Below are positions 36,508-45,302 of a stretch of DNA of 58,536 nucleotides, piece after piece. The first letter of the stretch is position 1, and every line of letters starts with the position of its first letter. The stretch is taken from the sequence record NC_052983.1; one strand, written 5' to 3'. The stretch is from Escherichia phage E21. The translations under genes and the position numbers were made by a program. Under the pieces are notes generated by a model. It was not told the DNA's origin. It was given only the letters and a program-made list of their open reading frames with translations, and did no database searches.

Positions 36508-37524
36508 CTATCGAGTCACGATGCCGAACTGCAATGCTTCGACAGCGCCTTTATTCCAGTCGGTATTACCCGGAGTTTGTTCGTGGGTAACTTGGTAGTA
36601 TTTATAGTCTTCGGTCAACGGTACTTGGACTTCTTTCTCAGAACCCCCGTCAGTCTGGATCACCATACCGAGTTTGCGGTCGTCTAAGTCCCCTTTACGG
36701 GCATACGCAATCACCGACACGCCGAAAACCTTGTTGTTAGTCGGTAGGATCGTATTAGAACGGAAAATGTCTTTAGCTCCCGACTTGTTAGACTGTAAAT
36801 ACGGTGCGTTAGGTCTCCCCGGCTCCAGTTGGGAGGCAACTTGGTAGTGATTTTCGTTAGTGCCGTTAACGATCTCCCATTCGGTCGTAACATCAGAAGT
36901 AGGAGCGCGGGTAGCAACCTCAATCGGCCCTAGGCGGGAAGTGTTTACCGACCCCGAATCGTCCATAGCGTAAAAATCATCTAGGTACTGGATACCCGCA
37001 TTGGGCGCTGTACCCACTTGCCCCCATACCAGAACGAGTTTTTCAGGCCAAGAAGTAGTAAGGGTCGCCTCGATTTGCTTTTCGTTATTAACCCATACGG
37101 TTACTTTCTTAGCGGACTTATCAAGTTCTATCTCGAAAAAATACCACGCATTAAGGATCAGCGGGTTTACCCCTTTTTGGCCATCAATTTCTAGCTTACC
37201 GTCTTCGCTATCCCACTCCACGTCGACCAAGTTCTCAACCCGACATACTCGCATACGAGAACCATTGGCTTTCATCGCGAAACCGAAACACGCGTAGTTT
37301 CCGGCCGGAGTGAACCCCCATGATAGCGACGCATTGGTTGCGGAGTTACGTTCTACGGTAAATTTAAGGCTCTTAGCGCCGTCACGACGACCTAGGTCAA
37401 TCTGGAACGTATCGTCAGTAGCATTTCGGATATCATACCCGGCTGCTTTTAAGTACGGCTCGACTACGGAACCTTTCTTGCCGATATCTGCGTAGTGGTC
37501 GAAACCGTCTTGATGTTTTAACAT
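36508..37524 (-). CDS. tail-associated protein, paralogue 1 (possible LamG/concanavalin-like lectin fold)
   Basis: 338 aa; shares M..F.DGF, WYFFEIELDK..V.VN and RLGPIEV.TR.PT.DV..EW blocks with the next two genes. Confidence 0.55.
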   Translation of the reverse strand: MLKHQDGFDHYADIGKKGSVVEPYLKAAGYDIRNATDDTFQIDLGRRDGAKSLKFTVERNSATNASLSWGFTPAGNYACFGFAMKANGSRMRVCRVENLVDVEWDSEDGKLEIDGQKGVNPLILNAWYFFEIELDKSAKKVTVWVNNEKQIEATLTTSWPEKLVLVWGQVGTAPNAGIQYLDDFYAMDDSGSVNTSRLGPIEVATRAPTSDVTTEWEIVNGTNENHYQVASQLEPGRPNAPYLQSNKSGAKDIFRSNTILPTNNKVFGVSVIAYARKGDLDDRKLGMVIQTDGGSEKEVQVPLTEDYKYYQVTHEQTPGNTDWNKGAVEALQFGIVTR

Positions 37525-37536
37525 GTGGTGCCCCTT

Positions 37537-38520
37537 TTATGGTCTAATAACTACACCGAACGGAGTTTCAGGGATATTATCGCGATCCCAATTAGCGCCG
37601 AGCGGAGAATTTTCGAATACAGCATAACTTATTTTGTCAGTCAAGGTAAGTTTTTCATCTACCTTTTCCAACTGTTTGTCTTTCTCGCCAACCACCAACC
37701 CGAGTTGTCTATTATCTACGTCAGATTTACGGTTGATCGCGGTGACACTCACGGCCAAGATGTCGCCTTTAGCGTCGAGCGGGATTTCACTTTTGAAAGT
37801 ATCCATCGCGCCGGAGACGTTAGACTGAATATATTCGTCCTCTTTCGGAGGGCGATTACTGACAAGAGACCAGTGGTTATCGCCTTTCGATGGCGACCAT
37901 TCGCTCACCACGTCCACCGTCGGCATTCGGGTGAGTATTTCAATCGGGCCAACTCGGTCAACGTATTTGCCGGCTTGCGCATCGATAAAAACGATATCAT
38001 CTAATTTTTTACCGCCAGAACCGCCCGGCCATTCGCATTTGTAGTCTGTCATGAAACGAACACTATCCGGTAGTTGTCCAGCTAAGTCCGCACCGTTATT
38101 AATAAAAACTTGGAAAGTATTTGTTTCTTTGTTGATGACGATCTCGAAATAGTACCAGATACCTAGGAGCAAGATAGCTTGACCCGTAACACCGGCCAAG
38201 GAGACTTTACCATTGTCGCGGTTCCAAGCGAGCACCCCAAAACCGGGAATACGGATAATATCGTCCCGCACTTTGTCCGCACAATACGCAAAACCGATAA
38301 CCACACGGTTAGTCTCGGAGTTAAAAAGTCGAGACAGTGTTGCCGGGCTTGCTGCGTTCTCGTTTACATCACCTAGGTATAAGCATCGGGTTTCTGTATT
38401 ACGTCCCTCCGCAATACGGATCGGCGGTACTGCGTTGTACCCCGAGTTGTTGAGTAAATTTACCATCTTATCCGACGGCATATCTTTTAGCTGGTCGAAA
38501 CCGTCCATAAATTGCATCAT
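37537..38520 (-). CDS. tail-associated protein, paralogue 2
   Basis: 327 aa; WYYFEIVINK and RVGPIEILTRMPTVDVVSEW blocks. Confidence 0.55.
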   Translation of the reverse strand: MMQFMDGFDQLKDMPSDKMVNLLNNSGYNAVPPIRIAEGRNTETRCLYLGDVNENAASPATLSRLFNSETNRVVIGFAYCADKVRDDIIRIPGFGVLAWNRDNGKVSLAGVTGQAILLLGIWYYFEIVINKETNTFQVFINNGADLAGQLPDSVRFMTDYKCEWPGGSGGKKLDDIVFIDAQAGKYVDRVGPIEILTRMPTVDVVSEWSPSKGDNHWSLVSNRPPKEDEYIQSNVSGAMDTFKSEIPLDAKGDILAVSVTAINRKSDVDNRQLGLVVGEKDKQLEKVDEKLTLTDKISYAVFENSPLGANWDRDNIPETPFGVVIRP

Positions 38521-38530
38521 AATTAAGCCC

Positions 38531-39451
38531 TTACGCTTTTAGAGTTATTCCGAAAGTTGAGTCCGGTATTACGTGCTCCGGGAGCACTCCAAGTTCTGAG
38601 TAGCGGTACTCCCAATCACGAGGTAACGTAGCTTCGTTTTTAACTAGCTCGTTTGTGAACACATCTACGCTAACTGGATCTACGGTGGCTTTTCGGAGGA
38701 GTGTTATCACCGAAACACCTTTTACTTCTGTCTCCTCTGATAGCACGGTTTCCGAGGTGAAAGAATCCGTAGCACCATTCGTCCCCGTATAGATGAACCG
38801 GTCAACTAAGTTCGGTAGTGCGGGAGCTACGACCTCATGGTGAGATTCCCCACCGGAAACACCCCAATCTTTCGATACGTCTTTCGTCGGAACGCGAGTA
38901 GTGACGGTGATAGGCCCGACTCTCGTAGTGTCGGCATAATACAAGTCATCGAAGCGAATGTCCGCAAAATCCGACTCGTCGAAGTCCCGCAATGTTATTG
39001 TGAGCGTGTCTGCCGTCGCTACGCCATCTGGTATCGAAACCGTAATGTCTTTTTTACCATTGATATAGACGTCGGCCGTCTTTGCGTCTTTGTTTACTTC
39101 CACTTCTAGATAGTACCAGTTGTTACGCAATGGGATAACGTAACCTGACTCTCCCTCGGACTGTAATAACCCTGTGGTCTGGTCTACACCAACTTTAAGC
39201 GTACTATCCCCGCCTGAGATGCCTACGAGATTTCCTCTCGTGGTCATATTGAACGCGAAACCTACGGTAAAATTGCCGGTATCAGATGGGAAATCTCGGG
39301 ATATTCGACCTCGGCCGAGTAGGACGCTTGCGCCGTTCTTACGTCCTGCGCCGAAGCCGAAAGACCCCGAAACGGTATACCCGGCTCTACGCATGAAAGC
39401 CGGGGAATCCCCATCGAAGGCGAACTGTTCGAACCCCTCGAAGAAAAACAT
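38531..39451 (-). CDS. tail-associated protein, paralogue 3
   Basis: 306 aa; WYYLEVEVNK and RVGPITVTTRVPTKDVSKDW blocks. Confidence 0.55.
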   Translation of the reverse strand: MFFFEGFEQFAFDGDSPAFMRRAGYTVSGSFGFGAGRKNGASVLLGRGRISRDFPSDTGNFTVGFAFNMTTRGNLVGISGGDSTLKVGVDQTTGLLQSEGESGYVIPLRNNWYYLEVEVNKDAKTADVYINGKKDITVSIPDGVATADTLTITLRDFDESDFADIRFDDLYYADTTRVGPITVTTRVPTKDVSKDWGVSGGESHHEVVAPALPNLVDRFIYTGTNGATDSFTSETVLSEETEVKGVSVITLLRKATVDPVSVDVFTNELVKNEATLPRDWEYRYSELGVLPEHVIPDSTFGITLKA

Positions 39452-40194
39452 TAAGCCCCCTGAATCATTAATCTAATAATAAAGCCGAAGTTAACGGCTG
39501 AGTCGATTGTATCAACCGGAGCTAAGATTGTCAGCCTGTCACCTTTGAAAAATCTCACGGCAACGCTACCAGACGTCACGAAAGTGGCGTTATATTGCCC
39601 CCGATCGACAGTGAATGTGCCGACAGTTTGGTTATTTCTCTGCACAGTGAACTTAGCTTTATCGAGAAAAGCACTACGGGCGTCGAATTGAGATTGTGCC
39701 ATGTTAGCCGGTAGGTACATATTGTCGATAATTGGCAAGTGTACGAGCACTTCCGATGGATACATCTTCTCCGAAATAGTCGCGGATACATCAAACGCCA
39801 TAGGTACAACATCGGGAGATGGGTTAGGGTTGATCGGGTCAACTCCGGTATTCTCAATACGCCACGTCTCCCCGTCCCACCAGATAAACTCACTGGTCGG
39901 GTCTAAGAATGCTCGCCAACCTCGTTTGGGTTCGATGAATTGCCACACGCCGTCGATCAATACGGCCAGTTTTCTTTCTTGGCCAACCCAAGGGCCAGTC
40001 GGGTTTTTATAGATAAAATAGGTGTCGCCGTTTTTAGCGTCAGCCGGTGGCGCACTAAACGTGATAGATTGTAGGCGTAGAAACGTAACAGTATCTAAGG
40101 TGGTTAGCGTCTCGTTCATTGGGCCACCCCAAAAATCCTCGCCTCTCACCCAACCATAGGAAAGCCCCATGTTAGGGGCAATTTTCATTGGCAT
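39451..40194 (-). CDS. hypothetical tail protein downstream of J-like gene
   Basis: 247 aa; ATGA overlap with J-like gene. Confidence 0.45.
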   Translation of the reverse strand: MPMKIAPNMGLSYGWVRGEDFWGGPMNETLTTLDTVTFLRLQSITFSAPPADAKNGDTYFIYKNPTGPWVGQERKLAVLIDGVWQFIEPKRGWRAFLDPTSEFIWWDGETWRIENTGVDPINPNPSPDVVPMAFDVSATISEKMYPSEVLVHLPIIDNMYLPANMAQSQFDARSAFLDKAKFTVQRNNQTVGTFTVDRGQYNATFVTSGSVAVRFFKGDRLTILAPVDTIDSAVNFGFIIRLMIQGA

Positions 40195-43100
40195 TATTCA
40201 GTATCCTCTTTGACGTCTTGGTCTGGTAGTCGTTCCGCCCAATCATGATCCCACTTGTTTGACCAACCGGCAACAACCAACGGTGGCGGAGGCTCGACCG
40301 GATCAGGGTCAGGGTTGCCCGGATTAGGTTCTGGATCAGGGTTGCCCGGGTCGGGGTCGGGGTTCGGTCTATCAGGCTGACCCGGATCTGGATTGCCGGG
40401 GTTCGTACCACCGCCAGTTCCGCCACCGCCAGTTTCGCCACCGCCAGTTCCCGGGTCAGGTCTTCCCGGATTGGGGTCAACATCTCGCTTGGCCGGAATT
40501 GAGGGTACTTTACACTGAGTATTATATCCTTGCCAGCTACTAAGCTCGTTTTCATCGACAGCGGATACCGTGATCGAAACATAGACGTAGCCGGTGGATT
40601 CCGTCAAGATCCCTACTCGTCTGCCGAACGCGTGTAAGTCTTCGGCCTTGATCGTCATTCCTGCGTCGCGAGTATAATACGTCCCCATGGTGATAGTAAC
40701 TGTGCGATTGCTGTATCTAGGAGTATATCGTTTCCCGATCCACACTCGATACATTACGTCGCTTGGCCGTTGTTGTCCCACATCAAGATGGTCTAACACG
40801 GTTTCCCCTTGACGAACTCGGTTACGGTGCGCCCACGTCATCACTAAGTCTTTGCCTTGCGGGTCATAGTAGTCAAAGTTATCGGCCAGTGCGTCCCACC
40901 CTTTGAAAAAGTGCTCACCGTTGCCGAGCAAGAACCCCGGTGGATATGGTCTATCCGCGCGTAGTTTCACTTCCAGTTGTTTGTTTACCACGTCTTTAGG
41001 CTGGATTTCTGCTGCGAGAGAATGAGGCCTTACGGCAACTACGCAAGTCTGGCCGTCGTGATATTTACGTTGCCCGGAAGCTATTTGTTTGTCGACAAAC
41101 CACACAACTTGACCTTTCCCATGAAGTGCGGGGATTGTATCAACACAACCACGGCCAACCGTAATACGTTTACCATCGATGCCCCGGATCACCATCGCTT
41201 CGGCTCCGACGAAAATCACGTCGCCCGGCATCGCGTCCTCAGTAGGAACCCCGTCAGAATCCGACGTAGCATCGAGGATTATCTCATTATCCAGATATGA
41301 GATTGCCTTAGACAGAATCCCCCACGGCGTCCACGGTTGCGCCCCTTGGTTCACGTACTCTGTATCGTTCTTCTCTTTCTCGAACAAATCGTACCCGTCG
41401 GTTACACGGTCTGACGGTCTAGCTACCGTAGCGAAGAATTGTGAGGCGGACGGTTCGAACCCATGGCGTAGCAACATTAAGTAAGGGAACTCAAACAGTT
41501 GGCTATCTACGATAGGAACTAATTTGCCTTGTTGCGAAACCGGTTGTCGCACATAGCTAACATTCACGCCATCAGGTAGGCCCCCGCCACCGGAAGATAG
41601 ATCTTCGCTCTCCTGTGCTACGGATTGGTTGACAAAACTAACCATGGCTTTTGCGTCTACGGCCGTCTCTCCGTCTTTATCTTCGGGGTCGATTTTATCG
41701 GACACCTGAGCGACAGATTGGTTTAAGAAACTAACATACGCCATTTGAGGCGGTTTCTTGAAAACGGTGATCGGTATTAAGTAGTTTTGCCACGATTCGA
41801 ACCCGTCGCGCATAGACTCTAATCTCAAGTACCCAGCAACCGGATCTATGGCTGACGCTTCCACGTTCAAATCTAGGCTCGCTTGGCCGTAAGTGTAGAC
41901 AAACTGTGTGCCGGTAATCCCGTTTTCTCTGCGGATTACTTCACCCTTAGCGTTTAGGATACTAATTCGGTATGTCGTTCCCGGCTCCGGCCCGATACTA
42001 TCTTGCTCATGATAAATAGGCTTGTCTTGTTGCATCGGTCTATCTCGGTGCGCCCACGTTATCGTCAAGGCGTCAGGCACTTCGGCCTCTCCGACGTCCG
42101 CTCGTAAAACATGGCCATTAAACCAAGGGTTCGGTTCCGTGCTTTCCACTGAGGTGAGTTCTACTTTACCCGGAGCGTATGGGCGGTAGAATCGGTAATT
42201 GAAAGTCAGTTCATCTTCGGACACGTTAGACTCGTCGAGAACCCCACCCGATAGCGTCCATGGGAGTATCTTCACCGATAAGGTTTCTCCCGCTTGTCGG
42301 GTTGTCAGGTCAAGCCCGCCACCTTGAACCATATCCCACACTACGGAGCCAGCGGGGTGTTGGTGAGGTACGGTGTCGTACACGCCTCGACGTATTTCGA
42401 CTAACCCGTCTTCCTCGATAGACTGGATCATGATTATTTCTTGGTTGACGTAAAAAACGTCCCCGACTTCAATCAAGTCTTCATCTACCGGATCTTTCAT
42501 TCGGATATAGCGGTCTAAATATCCAAGGTCAACCGGTAATTCGAATAGCGCAGTGAAATCCCCCGCACCTGTTTTCTCATACTTTCCAGTGGTCGGGTTT
42601 TGGACGTGCATCTCGAACGCCATCGTTACCGGTGAGCCTTTTTCCGCCTGTGCCCGCAAATACCCGAAAGACGGCTTGATGGCCTCAAACTCTCCTAGTG
42701 GGAATAGGGACGACAATTCTGCGTATGTCGCCTCATAAACTAAACGTCTGGCCGGAACCGGGTTTAGGTTCGGTTTAGGGAAAGACGGGTCTTGAACACC
42801 AGTAAACGTGTTCAGGTCGAACGAGAACGTGTCTTGTACGCAAGATAATCGTATCTGACCATCGGATTGTTTACTCTCCTCTGTGTCCGCTACACGAACG
42901 ATTACGCTCTCAAGTCCGCGTGTCTTTGGGTCGGAAATCTTCAAAACGTCTCCCGGTTGTACTCGCCATGCTCGACGGTCACAAACTAGGGTGAACCGGC
43001 GGACGTTAGTAGACGCAACACGTAAGTCTCTTTCTGCTATGATAGTGGCCAGTTTTGCGGTTGGCACCCCCTCATACGTGAATGTGTCGCTTTTGATGGC

Positions 43101-44015
43101 GCCGGAAGTCTGAATCAGGGCTAGGTTCTGTGCTCGAACTTGACTCTCTTTACCGACGATCGGGTTGAACCATTTAACGACACACTCATTCATCAGACCA
43201 TGGATTGCGCCGTTAGTCGCTTCCTCGATTTGTAGTAACCCGCTCTCAAAACCGTACACCGGCAAGTTATCCGCATCGTAGTCATTACGAAGTAACTTGA
43301 GTTTGAAAGTACCGGTAAACTTATCGACGTATAACACGCCTGAAATGTGGTTAAGTATATTCTGGATAAAAGACTCTAGGGTGTCTTGGCGTCTCCACGC
43401 AATACAGATCCCGAACCCCTCCTCGAACAACGTATCGGCCACCTTTCGGAACTCCGAGTCAAACAGTAGGTCACGAGAGATACCTCGGCCCCAATCTCGG
43501 TTTGTCATACACTCGTAAATAACGTGAGCCGGGTTCATCGCCTTGATGGGATACTCTTTCCCCTCGTCATCGTGGCCGGTAAGTTCTATGACCGCTTTTT
43601 CCGGATACCACACCCCACCGTCCCAACCTTTTAAGATGCGACGTATTTTAAATCGCCACGCTTTCGGGTATGGGTTCATGGCCGACACTAAACCATCGAA
43701 ATAGCCGGTAGCTACTCCGCGAAACTCCGGTTGGCTCCCACCGCCCAACATGGATTTAAGTTTGTCGCTAACGACCTGATCCTTATCGCCCATGTAGAGT
43801 TCGAAACCACCCTCAATGCCTCCCTCCGCTTTCTTACCCCCGAAAAGATTTTCAGCCCGTATCCGAAAGAACGAGGACTCTTTAACGGAACCACGCCAAG
43901 CGGTTCTTCCGCCGACCTCGATTTCCATCAATTCATCAATAGGGCCACGGCCGATCCCCATGTGTAGCCCCATATAGTAGGAGTAGCCGGCCGTCGCCTT
44001 TTTAAATTTACCCAC
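40194..44015 (-). CDS. host specificity / central tail fibre protein (lambda gpJ-like) with C-terminal Pro/Gly/Asn-rich repeat
   Basis: 1273 aa; size and position after tail-tip genes; low-complexity C-terminus (PNPGRPDPGTGGGETGGGG...PDPDP). Confidence 0.75.
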   Translation of the reverse strand: MGKFKKATAGYSYYMGLHMGIGRGPIDELMEIEVGGRTAWRGSVKESSFFRIRAENLFGGKKAEGGIEGGFELYMGDKDQVVSDKLKSMLGGGSQPEFRGVATGYFDGLVSAMNPYPKAWRFKIRRILKGWDGGVWYPEKAVIELTGHDDEGKEYPIKAMNPAHVIYECMTNRDWGRGISRDLLFDSEFRKVADTLFEEGFGICIAWRRQDTLESFIQNILNHISGVLYVDKFTGTFKLKLLRNDYDADNLPVYGFESGLLQIEEATNGAIHGLMNECVVKWFNPIVGKESQVRAQNLALIQTSGAIKSDTFTYEGVPTAKLATIIAERDLRVASTNVRRFTLVCDRRAWRVQPGDVLKISDPKTRGLESVIVRVADTEESKQSDGQIRLSCVQDTFSFDLNTFTGVQDPSFPKPNLNPVPARRLVYEATYAELSSLFPLGEFEAIKPSFGYLRAQAEKGSPVTMAFEMHVQNPTTGKYEKTGAGDFTALFELPVDLGYLDRYIRMKDPVDEDLIEVGDVFYVNQEIIMIQSIEEDGLVEIRRGVYDTVPHQHPAGSVVWDMVQGGGLDLTTRQAGETLSVKILPWTLSGGVLDESNVSEDELTFNYRFYRPYAPGKVELTSVESTEPNPWFNGHVLRADVGEAEVPDALTITWAHRDRPMQQDKPIYHEQDSIGPEPGTTYRISILNAKGEVIRRENGITGTQFVYTYGQASLDLNVEASAIDPVAGYLRLESMRDGFESWQNYLIPITVFKKPPQMAYVSFLNQSVAQVSDKIDPEDKDGETAVDAKAMVSFVNQSVAQESEDLSSGGGGLPDGVNVSYVRQPVSQQGKLVPIVDSQLFEFPYLMLLRHGFEPSASQFFATVARPSDRVTDGYDLFEKEKNDTEYVNQGAQPWTPWGILSKAISYLDNEIILDATSDSDGVPTEDAMPGDVIFVGAEAMVIRGIDGKRITVGRGCVDTIPALHGKGQVVWFVDKQIASGQRKYHDGQTCVVAVRPHSLAAEIQPKDVVNKQLEVKLRADRPYPPGFLLGNGEHFFKGWDALADNFDYYDPQGKDLVMTWAHRNRVRQGETVLDHLDVGQQRPSDVMYRVWIGKRYTPRYSNRTVTITMGTYYTRDAGMTIKAEDLHAFGRRVGILTESTGYVYVSITVSAVDENELSSWQGYNTQCKVPSIPAKRDVDPNPGRPDPGTGGGETGGGGTGGGTNPGNPDPGQPDRPNPDPDPGNPDPEPNPGNPDPDPVEPPPPLVVAGWSNKWDHDWAERLPDQDVKEDTE
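40293..40494 (-). repeat. coding low-complexity repeat (PNPG/PDPG units) at C-terminus of the J-like protein
   Basis: Repeated GGATCAGGGTTGCCCGG-like units visible in the DNA. Confidence 0.6.
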
Positions 44016-44217
44016 GTTTTACCTCACTATCAGCGAGTGCGATTTCTACCACACGTCGTATCATCGGGTTTGTGTTGTTAGCCAGTTGCGGGGTGATCAG
44101 CAACCCGTTCTGTAAAAAGTCTCTTTCGTCAACACCGATCCGCTCTAATACCCGGCCTACGCCGTTAGCACAATATCCGGCTTGACGAACATGTTTGATG
44201 TAAATTCTTTTTTCCAT
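44008..44217 (-). CDS. hypothetical small tail-tip protein
   Basis: 69 aa; may be part of a split gene together with 44217..44453. Confidence 0.3.
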   Translation of the reverse strand: MEKRIYIKHVRQAGYCANGVGRVLERIGVDERDFLQNGLLITPQLANNTNPMIRRVVEIALADSEVKRG

Positions 44218-44453
44218 TATTTTTTAGCCTGACTTGCTTTGATTTTTGAAGTTCTCATATCGCCGTAACCTAACACCTGCCAATCTCCTGTCCAGCACTC
44301 CCCGAAATATACGGTTTGCGGTGTGCCGTCTTCAATCTGAGGTATGTTAGAGTCATCAAACGTCGGCGGTTTTGCCGAAGCCGGTTTCGGGGTTAACGCA
44401 ATTGAGATCAGCAAACTTGCGACCATGGCTGCTAAAGCCCATTCGATACCCAT
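44217..44453 (-). CDS. hypothetical small tail-tip protein with N-terminal hydrophobic segment
   Basis: 78-aa ORF. Confidence 0.3.
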   Translation of the reverse strand: MGIEWALAAMVASLLISIALTPKPASAKPPTFDDSNIPQIEDGTPQTVYFGECWTGDWQVLGYGDMRTSKIKASQAKK

Positions 44454-44465
44454 AATTTATACTCC

Positions 44466-45281
44466 TTAGTAAACCGGATTTCCGTCAAACGGAGAACGCC
44501 CCGGCATTGATGGTATTCCGCCATAATTAGCGAGGTTATTAAACTTATCTCGGCAAGATGCCACGGTTCGAGGACAGCCGGGAAATACCTTTATGATCAT
44601 TCCGCCGGTAATTCCGCCCACGGTTCCGAAAATTTCTATTGAGTCGTAGCTGTGTGCCTGAATAGCGCGTCTCTCCACCCCGCGGAGTTTATCTACCCAT
44701 TCGATGTATCCGCCGGCGAAATAGGATTCCCCGTAAGGTGCTAAATCCTTAGACATGATATTGTTTGACCCGACGCTTTGTATCGTAGCTTCGACCATAA
44801 ACTCGGCCGGGTTTACGCCACATGACGAATTGTATAACGCGTGGGGGCACGAGCGAGACCACGCTAAACGTAAACCGTTTTGCTCCATCGACGCGGAAAG
44901 GGTGTTACACGTAATCTTAGCTGCGGCAGCGTTAGCAGTATCTAGTTGTAGCACTTCGCCGACGTAACAGACGGCTGCTTCGGTATCGCCACGGTGGAAC
45001 CTGCGGATCTTTAACGTTACTGCATTGATTGGTGGTGTGCCCCGGAACAAATCGACTATTACCGCCGACTGAGGCATTAAGATGGTTAGGCTATCCGATT
45101 GGGCGTCACTTGTTTGGCGTATCCCGTCATCTTCCATGGGGGTGCCAAGCCAAGTTTGCCCTAACATCTGGATATCTTTTTTAGCGGAAGTGTATCGCCA
45201 ATAATTGTCGTTCAGCCGAAACTCATATAAGTAAATCGGCTGACCGTCATCAGTGGATATTTCTAGTTGATTATATGCCAT
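44466..45281 (-). CDS. minor tail protein (gpL / BR0599-like position)
   Basis: 271 aa with Cys-containing C-terminus; between distal tail protein and J-like gene. Confidence 0.45.
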   Translation of the reverse strand: MAYNQLEISTDDGQPIYLYEFRLNDNYWRYTSAKKDIQMLGQTWLGTPMEDDGIRQTSDAQSDSLTILMPQSAVIVDLFRGTPPINAVTLKIRRFHRGDTEAAVCYVGEVLQLDTANAAAAKITCNTLSASMEQNGLRLAWSRSCPHALYNSSCGVNPAEFMVEATIQSVGSNNIMSKDLAPYGESYFAGGYIEWVDKLRGVERRAIQAHSYDSIEIFGTVGGITGGMIIKVFPGCPRTVASCRDKFNNLANYGGIPSMPGRSPFDGNPVY

Positions 45282-45302
45282 TATAACCCCTTTTTGTCGG
45301 GG

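Noticed and set aside
40172-40582. 136-aa minus-strand ORF overlapping the J-like C-terminus in another frame
   Set aside because: Alternative-frame reading of the Pro/Gly repeat region; no independent start context.
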